A stretch of DNA of 64,000 nt, from contig NC_089433.1 of the NCBI RefSeq assembly GCF_026210795.1, positions 248,001 through 312,000 of the forward strand. Reading direction: 5' to 3'. This document shows positions 37,884-49,569 of this stretch, one piece after another. The notes under the pieces are model-generated. The model was given only the letters and a program-made list of their open reading frames with translations, was not told where the DNA came from and ran no database searches. Within the stretch, counting starts at the first letter, position 1. Each line of letters begins with the position of its first letter. This DNA is from Rhizophagus irregularis (lineage: Eukaryota). A program made the position numbers and the translations under genes.

Positions 37884-37934
37884 ATTTACGGCTAACTACA
37901 CTTTTTTAAAATAAAAATGTAGTTAGCCGTAAAT
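37884..37934. repeat. Perfect 17-bp-arm hairpin within an AGCCG/CGGCT-rich small element
   Basis: ATTTACGGCTAACTACA at 37884-37900 and TGTAGTTAGCCGTAAAT at 37918-37934. The related end motif CGGCT(CT)AATTACACCATTAT occurs at ~38020 and ~34176. Confidence 0.7.
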
Positions 37935-38244
37935 ATCTAGCCGTAAATAGAACAAATTATTCAAGATCGATGGCTGGTGTTGTTAGCCGAAAATTTACTG
38001 CGCCTTCGGCTGAATCTTTCGGCTAATTACACCATTATGACTAAAAAACGACTCTCGCGAATTAAAGATTTTGTTTGTCACACATAAAATATTAAGTGCT
38101 TGTGATCAAACATAATTGCACATAATGCATATAATGCATCCTACCTGCGTTTTGTATAATTTTTAAATAACTATATATACCCACATTAATAAGGCGTTTA
38201 ACAGAGAAAATATATAAGGAATTTCGATATAATTACATAGTGTA

Positions 38245-41136
38245 ATGGCTCATAGTAATGATAAAGGTAAAAATATATATCAAGAATATTTAATGCAACT
38301 TAGAATTCAATCCTAAACAAATTTGCAATATAATGAAAATAGTTTCAAGTAGTACCAAGGAATCTGGAGGTAAATATAATATGTTAAACAAATTGATAGT
38401 TTCTTAATTTTATTTTACAGTGATATTCACATATTATTTAATCTAACTATATTCTTGTTTACTTAAAAATTATTTTAATAATTTAGCTTGTAAGTCAATA
38501 GGTTATCTTATAATTTAAATATTTATTGAATTACTTGATAAATTATTTATTTTTTCTTAATGTCTATATAACTAAATAATTCATTTAATGATTAATAAAT
38601 GCTATAGTTAGTAAGTTATTGTTTATATATTTTTTAATGTAAAATTACATTGTAGTATCCAAATAATTAAATTTTATTAACAACTATTTAATAATCTAGG
38701 GAGTAAGTTATAAATCATTTAGCCAAAACTATTATAGTTATTAAAATTAACATATAATTCAAAATTATTATATTATTTATTTAAATAATTAGAGTGTAAG
38801 TGATATGATATATTTAAACAGTTTAAATTGTTCATATTTCAGATTTATACATCTAATAATTAATAATAATATTTACAGGGTGTAAGTTACTATATATCAT
38901 ATCATATATGTTCTGTTATTTATATATAATATAAATTAACCAAATACTTAAAAATATTTGGTAGATTGTAAGTTATTAGTCATTTATTTAATTCTACTAT
39001 TATTTATAACATTTACATCATATAATTTAAACTAACTAAACTTTTTATTTAAAATAATTTATTAATAATATAGGGGGTGGGTTATTTAATTTAATTATTC
39101 TAAATTTATGTAATATTTACATATAATTTATACTACTAATTAAATTCTTTATTTAATAATATAGTTTGTAAGTGATTTATTTAATTTATTTATATAATGT
39201 TTACTTATGTTTAAACTAAACTTTTATTTAATAATGATGATAATCATATAGTTCGTAAGTGATTTATTTAACTTTATTATTATATACTTATATGATATTT
39301 GCATGCATTTTATATATTTTATACTAAATTAAATTCTTTATTTAAAAATTATTTAATACAGGAAGTAAGTTATTATTTAATTCAATTACTACATACTTAG
39401 ATATTATAATACAAACTAATCAAATTCTTTATTTAAATTTATTTAATAATATAGAGGGTACGTTGTTTATTTAATTTTATTATTTTTGTTTTGTGCAATA
39501 TTTATGATAATTTAGCTAAGATTTTTTTATTTAAAAATTACCTAATAATTTATTTAAGCTCGTGAGTTATAAATATTTCAATTATTTATTTAGATACTTA
39601 GTTTAATTTTAATTAACTGAATTCTTTATTTAAATAAATATTTGGTAATTTAGTTATTTTTATTAATGGTGACAAAAGTAGTGGATTATTTAAACCCGCA
39701 GTAAAATCATTAGATGATCGTGATGATGGCAGTAAGTTATAAATAATGATTATTATATATTATAATATAAAAACTAAGTTTTACATTCAATTATATTTCT
39801 ATTTAAATTTAGAGTAAGTGTGAATATTATTTTTTGTTTTTAATTTTAATATAACTTTTTAAAATACAACTTAATTATTTAATTATAAGATTTGAAGGAA
39901 GTAGAAATGCAGATACATTTATTCTTGAAAGCAATTTAAAATGGATTCCTTATGATAAATTTAAAAATGTTGAACGTATTGGTGATGGAGGATTTGGAAT
40001 TATATACAAAGCTATTTGGTCATTAAAAAGCGGAGATAAAGAAGTGATTCTTAAAAGTTCAAAATCAAATTTGGACAAATCTTTAATAAATGAAGTATGA
40101 TAATACAATATTTATTTTTTAAATTTAATTATAATTTATTTCTAACTAATATATTTAATTTGTATTTTTTAGTTGATATATCTTGCAAATTGTTTGGAAT
40201 CAACGGAAATTATTAATTTATACGGATACACAAAAAATCCAGATACTTTGAATTATATGGCAGTAATGAAATATGCAAATAAAGGTAAATTAAGAAGGAA
40301 TTTAGCAAAAGTAATTGAAATGAATTGGAAACAAAGATTATGTATATTATATAAAATTATTTCTGGGCTTCATGAAATCCATAATCAAAATCTTATTCAT
40401 TGTGTTTTAAGTGATGCTAATATTTTAGTTCATAAAGGTGAAGAGGATAAAGAGAATACTTTTTTTATTGGTGGGTTTGGATTATGTCAACCAGTATCTT
40501 TTAAAAAAGGGGATATTTTTGGTGTTATGCCATTTGTGGCACCTGAATTATTTAAAGGTAAACCTTATTCTCAAGCTAGTGATATATATAGTTTTTCTAT
40601 GATTATGTGGGAATTTACATCTGGAGTACCACCATTTGATAGAGAATTTGAACTTGATTTTATTTTAAGTATTTGTGGAGGTAAACTTCCTGAAATTATT
40701 GAAAATACTCCACAATGTTATGTAGATTTAATGAAAAGATGTTGGAATACTGATCCATTAAAAAGGCCATCTGCATCAGAAGTTAGGGGTATTATTGGAA
40801 GCTGGATTTTCCATTATTCTGATAATACTAATGATGAGTTAATAAGCAATGATATTATGGAATTTATAAATGCACCAGTTGGATATGCAACTGAATCTCT
40901 TCCACAATTTCTTAGTAAAAAAGAATTGGAAGAAATTCTTGAAAATAAATATTTAGAACCAAGTGTAAGTATAGATCTGAATGAAATGCTAGATTTGGAT
41001 GATTTGGATGATTATACAATTAAAGATACGAAGTCACTAGGTAGGTAGTATAGTGTTCAAAAAAAGCAAATTATTTATGTGAAATTAATTTTATTCTTTT
41101 ATAAATCATTTAATTATTAAAACAGATGAGGATTAA
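38245..41136 (+). CDS. TKL-like pseudokinase (~415 aa) with twelve 3-nt microexons and one 1-nt exon
   Basis: Model: 38245-38266, 38343-38369, 3-nt exons at 38487, 38608, 38700, 38793, 38879, 38965, 39074, 39165, 39252, 39362, 39455 and 39559, then 39654-39731, 39813, 39890-40094, 40173-41040, 41126-41136. Total 1248 nt with no internal stop. Kinase fold WIPY...IGDGGFG...VILK...APE...SDIYSF. The first exon and start codon are less certain (alternative in-frame ATG 38333). Confidence 0.8.
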
Positions 41137-42414
41137 CTTATCATTTGCGTTTTGTTTAAAATGGTTTAGTTATATCATGCATTAAACAGAACATGCATTT
41201 TATTTTATTCTTTTGAATTATTTAAACACTAAGGCTAGAGTAGTAAAATATTTTACGAGTTTCTTAGTTTGTAATTTAAATAGTTTCTTTTCTATAACTT
41301 ATCGATTATTAATTATGTATCCCTTTTTTTACTCGGAATTATTTAAACACTATAGCTAGAGTACTAAATATTTTACAAATTTCTTAGTTTGTAATTTAAA
41401 TAATCTCAATTATTAAATATATTATCAAATTTGAACCTTTATTTGAAATGGAAATTTGATTTTATTTATAATATTATTAATGTTAAAAGATACAAAGTAT
41501 GTATTAGAACCAAAATTTTTTAATATTATGAATTTAACAAAATAATGTAACATATAAAGCCATTATTTTAACATTCCTTTAACAAAAATCATCTCATGGT
41601 AATTTCAATAATTTCTAGTGTGGTAAAAACAAAGATAGAGTTTTCAAGAATCATGACACAATCATATTCTGCTTTCAGTTGTAAAAATAAAACATAAATT
41701 ATTGAAAAAAAATTATACATAATCATTAAATATATATTATAGTAGAAGCTTTAATTTTTACAAGAATATAGGTATAAACTATCCAATTTTATTTCTAAAT
41801 TTTAAGAGTTTTTCGTATAAACTTAAAGGGCATAGGATTATAAATTAGTGCAGTATTATCAATAGTACTTTTTTTAATATCATACTTTGAACTTTATAAA
41901 GCATTAAATAAAACAATACTAAAGAAAAGAAGAAAAAATCTAAAATGAAAAAAAAAATTAGAACAGACTTTTTCTTTTTTTAGCTACATCACTTATTAAG
42001 ATTATATAAATTATAATAATTGATATTTTTTTTTTAACGGTTAAATATGACTATAAATTAATCCTTTAGTAAGTTTTACAGTTTAGTTATACTTTTTAAT
42101 ACTCTTACCATAATAATGGCATGATCTTGCGTGACTGACGCAATAACTATTATTTATAAATTTCTGTGAGCATCTGCAGTGACGTTATTGACGTAGCTTT
42201 GTTACGGCAGTTACGTCGGTAAAGTATGCACCTCTATCTGCAGTCTTTAGCATTAGTTCCTATCCCACAATTTTAACAAAAAAAAGATATAAATATAATT
42301 ACTATTAATTTACCTAATATGAAAATTAAATCAATTTTTTGAAAATATTATAAATTGAATTTTGCGCCCGTTTATTTGCGGCAAGATTTCTTTATAACAA
42401 TAAAGACCTTTAGC

Positions 42415-42860
42415 TAAATAGAATTGAATTAAAGGAATAAACCTGTGTAATTCTATCTTGATTCTTGTAATATTTTCTTTATTTCATCTTTGTTGCATCA
42501 CTCATTATATTTCCGAATAAAATACTATTTAATGATGATTTTAATAAAGGAGATTTTATATTAATAAATTTTAGAGTTGAATAAGTTGAATAGAATTTTA
42601 GGCTTTTTATGACAAAATGTCCATAAATTCATATATAATTCATGTTCCCTATAAAAAATTTACTGGGAAAAACTCCGATAAACGATCATTTTTCTAATTT
42701 GTATTCCAAGAAAACTCCGACATGTGATCAATTTTATTTTTTGAAAATTTTAGTTTTTAACCATCTATCTATTTTCTCAATATATTAAAAAAATGGAGAT
42801 GAAAATAGTGAGGCTTAGCACATAAAATATTTGATCGAATATGAAATTCTTTAACGTCAT
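42415..42860 (-). pseudogene. Highly degenerate BTB-BACK gene relic
   Basis: Reverse strand resembles the ...ITRI..EL.RFIPLI.FY and NILCA segments of the BTB genes, with many indels. Confidence 0.6.
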
Positions 42861-44566
42861 ACTCATCGGGAAATTTTTTTAGGAGATATATCGCCGATCA
42901 ACGGATTCTTCGATTAGAATCGATATGGTTAAATTAACAATAATTATCAATATTGTTAAATAACGATAATTAACTTTATACAGTTCTTATAATTTAAATA
43001 GAGTATTTTTTATGGTTAAATAACGTCAAATTATTTTATTATTTACAGATTGCTTTATTCATTAATAATAAATAATTACACTATTAATAAATAATTACAC
43101 TATTAATAAAATATACTGTATGATTCGATATATACTAAAATTTACACTAAAGTCTACTATACTAAAAATCTAAAATCTATACTAATCTAATTACGTTCAA
43201 AACTGATTGTATCCATTATCCCTAACTCAGTATCTAAAAACTACAAAAAGAGATGAAAATTAACACATTTTTGTAAATTATGAAACTTACCGAATCCATA
43301 TCACAAGTCTGAAACTTTGAAAATTTAAAATAAGTTTCGAAAACTTCAAAACTACCAGTATCTAACGCAGCTGGAAGCAAAAGCCTTATATTATTTTATG
43401 AAGATCGCATTACTGTAACTTTCTATTATTTACTGCGGATTTGCGTTTACATATGTTGTAGTATGTATATTTTGTGGATAAAATAATATTGATGGTTTTA
43501 TGATTTAGATAAAATCTTTTATAATTTACTGCATTTGACAATAATTTAGTAAGTAATGCGCTTCATTAAGTAATGGTATTAACTTTTGCTAACAATTGTA
43601 TTAAGACGTTAGGATTGTAGATATTTATCACGTTTTTACGAATTTTTTTTTTCATTGTACCACTATTATCTATCATAATGCCAAGTAAAATGACTCTTTT
43701 ACAAAAAGTTACTTTTGTTTTTTACTTATTTGAAATATTTATAGTCTGTCGCCAAGTTTTGCTAGGAAACCTATTTTAGGAAACCTTTTACGTTGATTTA
43801 AGATTTTATAAAAGTATTAATTATAATCTTTGATCATATACATTATTAAACTTTTAAAAAATAATGTTCGAGCCCGTGATACGGTTGCGTGATTTGGAAT
43901 AAATGATCTGCAACAATAGTTATTTCATCGCTTTAATTTTTGAATTTTTGGTTAATGGAACAAAAGTTTGGAGAAGCTATCTGTCGTGAATGATGTACAT
44001 ACAATGGACGTCATTATTCGCTACTAACTCAATTCTGAAGGAGAAAGCGGGGACTAAAATCTCTATTGTTGCCTTTACGGAAAAATATAGAGTAGAATCA
44101 GGAGATATATCGAATCACATTTTTTAAATGTTGGATATGAAATTCTCTCCAGTATTGTGATTTATAGTTTATATGATAATATTGAAAAAACAACTGTACA
44201 AAATTATTATTTATAATTCTGGAAAAGAAATTCCTGGATAAGTACAATAAGTACTTGAGGTGAATTAATGTAAAAAAGAGAGAATATTATACACTTTAGC
44301 AATAGATAACAAAAATTTAAACAAATTTACCTGTACATACTGCGGCACTATGATCGTACCACAATTGTTAGTTGTTTCCTTGTATAGGTTTGTAACGATT
44401 GTAACGTGATACTAAACAACAATAATGAAAATTGTGCAACTTGTGCGATGTTGATCCTTGAATAAATTATATAATGAGACTTTTGTAGAGCGCACAACTT
44501 TTTCGAAAAAAAAAAAATATTTATATATATGAACAAATAAAAAAAAATTTTGTTCTGGTGATAAAT

Positions 44567-46629
44567 ATGGCCTCATTAAATGAATGGATTGACCTGAAAA
44601 TAAAGGATGGTGACATAAATTATTTTGAGTATGATGAATTTACTAATATAGAAAAAGTTGGTGAAGGAGCATTTGGAATTGTGAATAGAGCTGATTGGAA
44701 AAGTGGTGAGATCAAGGTAGCATTAAAAGTTCTTACAAGACATTCTACAGTTGGTGAAAATAATATGAAAAAGTTTCTTAAAGAGGTAACGGAAGTTTTT
44801 AAATTTAACTATTATATGGGATAAGTACTAATTTAATGATCTTGCTTTAGTTAAATAATTTAAGAAAAGTTTGTTTTCATCCAAACATAAATCAATTTTT
44901 TGGAATTACAAAAGGTCAGTATTTCATTAATTTATAAAATAATAACATTTTTAATTAATTATCTTTATTTTCTTAGAACCGATATCAAATAATTATATGA
45001 TGGTATTACAATATGCTAATCAGGGGAATTTAAGAGAGTATTTAAAGAATAAATTTAATTCATTAGAGTGGAATGATAAAATTCAATTATCTTTAGATAT
45101 TACACGTGGGTTAAAATGCTTACATTCAAGAAAAATAATTCATAGAGATCTGGTAAATTTATATTAATTCTGTTTAAATTCAATTTTTGATTAAATATTA
45201 ATACATTTTAATAATTTACGTATATAGCATGCAAAAAACATATTAGTTCACAAAGATAAACCAATGATTGCGGACCTTGGATTATCTAAACAGTTGAGTG
45301 CTGATACTACATCAAGTTCAACAGTTTATGGAATGCCAGCATATATTGATCCACAATGCTATAAAAATGAAAATTATATAAGAGATAAAAAATCAGATAT
45401 TTACAGTTTAGGAGTTCTTTTATGGGAAATAACAAGTGGATGTCCACCTTTTTCAAAAAGCCCAGTTCACATTGTAAACATTAAGGTTGCTAGTGGTATT
45501 AGGGAACAACCGATAATTAATACTCCTTTAGCCTATGTGAATCTTTATAAAAAATGTTGGGATGATAACCCAGATTTAAGACCAACTGTTGATGAAGTCT
45601 TTGATATATTGGAAAGGATTTCTCTACAGGATTTACAGGATAACACTATTACTAATAATGAAATTAATCCTAATATTATAAAAGATTTAAATAAATTAAT
45701 TTTAAATTCTAATAATTCGGATTTGACTAATCAAGATGATTCACAATCATCACAATTAATAGTATCAACTAATATCGATTTATCACAACAAATAAGTAAG
45801 TAAAAATTATAACTATTATCACAATTTTATTTTAGAAACTTATTTGACGTTTATATTATTAGGTACACCATTATCATCCGTTTTACCTAGCATTAATGAA
45901 GATGAAATTGGATTAAATAATACTTTAAACGAAATTATAATTGCTTATATAAATTATAATAACAAGGGAGAGACAAGAAATTTTAATTTTGATAAGGTAT
46001 TAAGAAAATATGAGTCAAAATCAAAAGAAATTTTTAATTATCTTTTGAGTAATCCGAATATACAGCATCATAAAGTGATGGTTGGTAAATTTTACAATGA
46101 AGGATTTGGATGTAGTAAAGATGATTATAACAAAGCTCTTGAATGGTACATTGAAGCAAGTCAGCAAAATGACATAAATGGTCATTATGAAGTCGGTCAT
46201 TTCTATTTCAGTGAGGGTAATTATGTAAAAACATTTGAATATATTAATCTTGCTATTAATAATGGATTAAATATAGCTTTACGTTTTCTCGCATATTGTT
46301 ATAAATTTGGTTATGCGGGATTGGAAACTGATTATATTAAAGCATTTGAATTATATAAAACATTATCTGAGAAAGGATTTATACCTTCTCAATACGAATT
46401 AGCTAAATGTTATAATAATAGTATTGGTACTCAAGAAGATAAAAATGAGGCTTTAAAATGGTATAAATTATATCAAAAAAATGATGGAGAATGTGATGTA
46501 ACGTCCACAATCGTGGATATTGAAAATGAACTGGTAAATATAATTTTACATTTTTCTTTTATTTTGAGATTTATAATAGAAAAAAATCTATATTAACTTA
46601 ATTTAATTTTATAGGAACAAAATAAATAA
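44567..46629 (+). CDS. TKL-type protein kinase with C-terminal Sel1-like repeats (6 exons)
   Basis: ATG 44567. Motifs VGEGAFG, VALK, IIHRDL/HAKNIL, IADLG, YIDPQ, SDIYSLG spread across GT-AG introns. C-terminal KALEWY, KAFELY and EALKWY repeats. Confidence 0.9.
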
Positions 46630-47951
46630 ATTTGAATATGTAATTTAATTTACTCAACATATTTATTGTCTAATCGTTAATATATTATATGAAGTTAAAT
46701 ATTGTTATTGTAGTAATTAAAAGAAATCTTGATTGTTTATAAATTAAGAGATATTTTATAATTAGTTAATCAAAAATTATATCATTATTTTTTGTAAAAT
46801 TTGTATATCTACAAGTCTTTTAATTAAAAAAAAAAAGTCTCATAAAAATAAATATTCAGTATTTGTTTATAAATTCTTTTTAATTTTTAATTTTTTAAAG
46901 AAATTGATTATAAGTAAATATGTATATTACTTTTATAGTAAGAGAATATCTTTGAAATTAAAACGATTAAATCGCTAAAGTTGAATATTTATCGACATAT
47001 ATACCGTATCACTAACGTAAACCTAAAATTGAATAATTTAGCGATAACAATTTGATGGTATTGAATATCATGTCGTGTGGTTGACTGTCTTCGTCCAAGT
47101 GTGGGGGAACGAAAATGAGGCTTTGTGGTAATAATTGATTTATACACCTAAATTTTCTCCGGAAACTCACATAAAAGAAGCCGAAGTGTTGTCTAAGAAG
47201 TAATTATCCGGACGAAGCGATTAAAGACAATATTTATAACAACGTCTATTCACCGTTCAGATATTTCCATCAATCATGTACTAAATTATGGTAGGTTATG
47301 TACGGGTAAAATTATTACTCGCAATTTAGTTCCAAATTTACGAATCTTATAGAGGCCATTGGTCGTTAGCCCTACTTATGGACCAGGATGACCTTTACTA
47401 GGTGTTTAAAAAACCCTTTATTTGTTTAATTTCCACATAATCATACTTATTTGATTCTCATATAATCATACTGAATTATAAAGTCATATATAACTAATGC
47501 TTTAGTATATTTTTGTCTTTCAAAAGCTCTATCTAAACAACGTATGGAATAACGCTATAATTGATACATGTCATTAGTGTATGACGAAACTTTGATCATT
47601 TACAACCAATTCAAGTGGCTTTATACAACCTTCGAAAATAAATTTTAAATAAATAAGAAATCATTTTAATATTCTTAATATTCTTCTACTATTAGTATGT
47701 ACCTGATATATAGTCATCAAAACTTTAATTTTCATTTAATATGTATTAATGATCCTTTAATATAAATTTAATGATGTGATTATTTTATCTTTTATTTAAA
47801 AATTGTTATTAACAAAAATGTCTTACTTTACAATCACAATTGCCGTTATTATAATTACTGATGCTAACGTTGATTTAAAGAATACCGTAATTTTATTGAA
47901 AAATATATACATATTCAAATCCTTTCCAAATTTATTATACTGCATGTATAA

Positions 47952-49569
47952 TTACTTTTTCCCAACAATAGGAGAATCTTCTTTACTAGCATATTCAGTC
48001 CAACTACCATCATAAACTGCCAATTTTTCTGCTCCAATTTTTTCTAAGGCTAAATATAACATCGTAGCTGTAACACCACTACCACAACTTAATACAATAG
48101 GTTTATTTAAATCAATATGTTTTGATTCAAATAATTTTTTTAATTCATCATCTTTTAATAATGTTGTTTTTGTATTTGGATCAATTATTGAATTAAATGG
48201 TACTGAAAATGAATGTGGCATGTGACCACTTGATAATCCTATAAGTAATATTAAAAATTAAGTAAATGATCATATAAATAAATATTATTCTTAATAAAAA
48301 TAAATTTACGTACCTGCTCTTGGTTCCGGAGCTGTTCCTTCAAATCTAATAATGTAAAACAATTTTTTTTTTAAAAAAAAAAAAAATTACTCCACTTAAA
48401 TAGAATGTTTTATACATTTTACCTTGCTTCAGGCCTTGCATCGAGAACTTGTTCAAAATCTGGTGAATCAGGTCCTTTATTTATATTGTTCCTAATATCT
48501 TCATAATTTCTAACAAGTTCTTCATTTAATGTTGGAGTTTTATATACTTTTGGCTAAAGTAAAATAAAATAGAAAAAAAATTTATTAATATAAAAATATA
48601 TATACATATATATATATAATATATTAATCGAAATAAAATTTGTTTTATATTTACCGTAAATGAAACTGGACCACTTTCTATTTCCCTTTTTTCAGCTATC
48701 CATTTAGGTAATCCCCCGTCAATAACGGATATTTTTTCGTGGCCAAAGACCTTCAAGACAAAAAAAATTTTTTTTAACCTCTAATTATATTTTAACGGTA
48801 AAAAGAAATTGTAAAACATACCCTGAAAGTCCAATATACCCTTGTAGAAGAAAATAATCCGATAGAATCATAGACAACAATATGATCTTTTTCAGAAATT
48901 CCCAACTCACCTACAATATTTATATATATATACAAAATATTTGGTTTTAAAAAATTATAAATTATTAAGTAATAAAAATTAAAATTCGCCAACAAAAAAA
49001 AAAATGATTACAAACCTATTGCCTTGGCGAAATTTTCAGAACTTGGTAACATATGAGGTAAATCTGTATTTTTATCCTTAATTTCATCGATTCCAAAAAA
49101 TCTTGCATTCTAAATAAAAATCATTTATTAATAATATCCGAAATTCCTAATCATAAAAATATATACTGTATATATATATATATATATTTTTGCATGTATA
49201 ATAATAATTTTAACTTTTGTTTTATTTGTTACCTTTATTCTTTTTTCCAAATATTCTTTGTAAGGATCTCTATTAGCATTTGGCATATGCCAAGAACCAT
49301 CAAGAGGTATGATTGATTCATGATTTTGTGCAACCCATTCGGTTGAAACGATATTCGGAACAGTAGAAAAAGAAGACATCGCTATATATATATATATATA
49401 TGTGAAAAAATAAGAGTTAATTTTACAAAAAAAAAATATAAAAAAATAGGATTTTACCTTTCCTAAAACCAAAAACTAATGGTTTGTGAGAATTAATCAA
49501 CTTATTAAAATGGTTAGATAAAGAATAAGTATTTTTTATAATAAACCGATGAGAACGAAGGACGTTCAT
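47952..49569 (-). CDS. TUM1: 3-mercaptopyruvate/thiosulfate sulfurtransferase (tandem rhodanese), multi-exon
   Basis: Motifs VSTEWV, LDGSWHMP, DLPHMLPS, VVYDSIG, DGGLPKW, LDARPEARF, SGHMPHS, active-site loop SCGSGVTA and YDGSWTEY. Confidence 0.93.

Noticed and set aside
38487..39561. CRISPR-like repeat-spacer reading of the periodic array
   Set aside because: The repeats are degenerate spliceosomal introns and the variable parts are only 3 nt. No cas genes, and the context is eukaryotic.
38487..39731. Phase-0 reading of the microexons (LLGSGIGFFERL)
   Set aside because: The next 78-nt exon has a stop in phases 0 and 2, and the upstream exon ends in phase 1.
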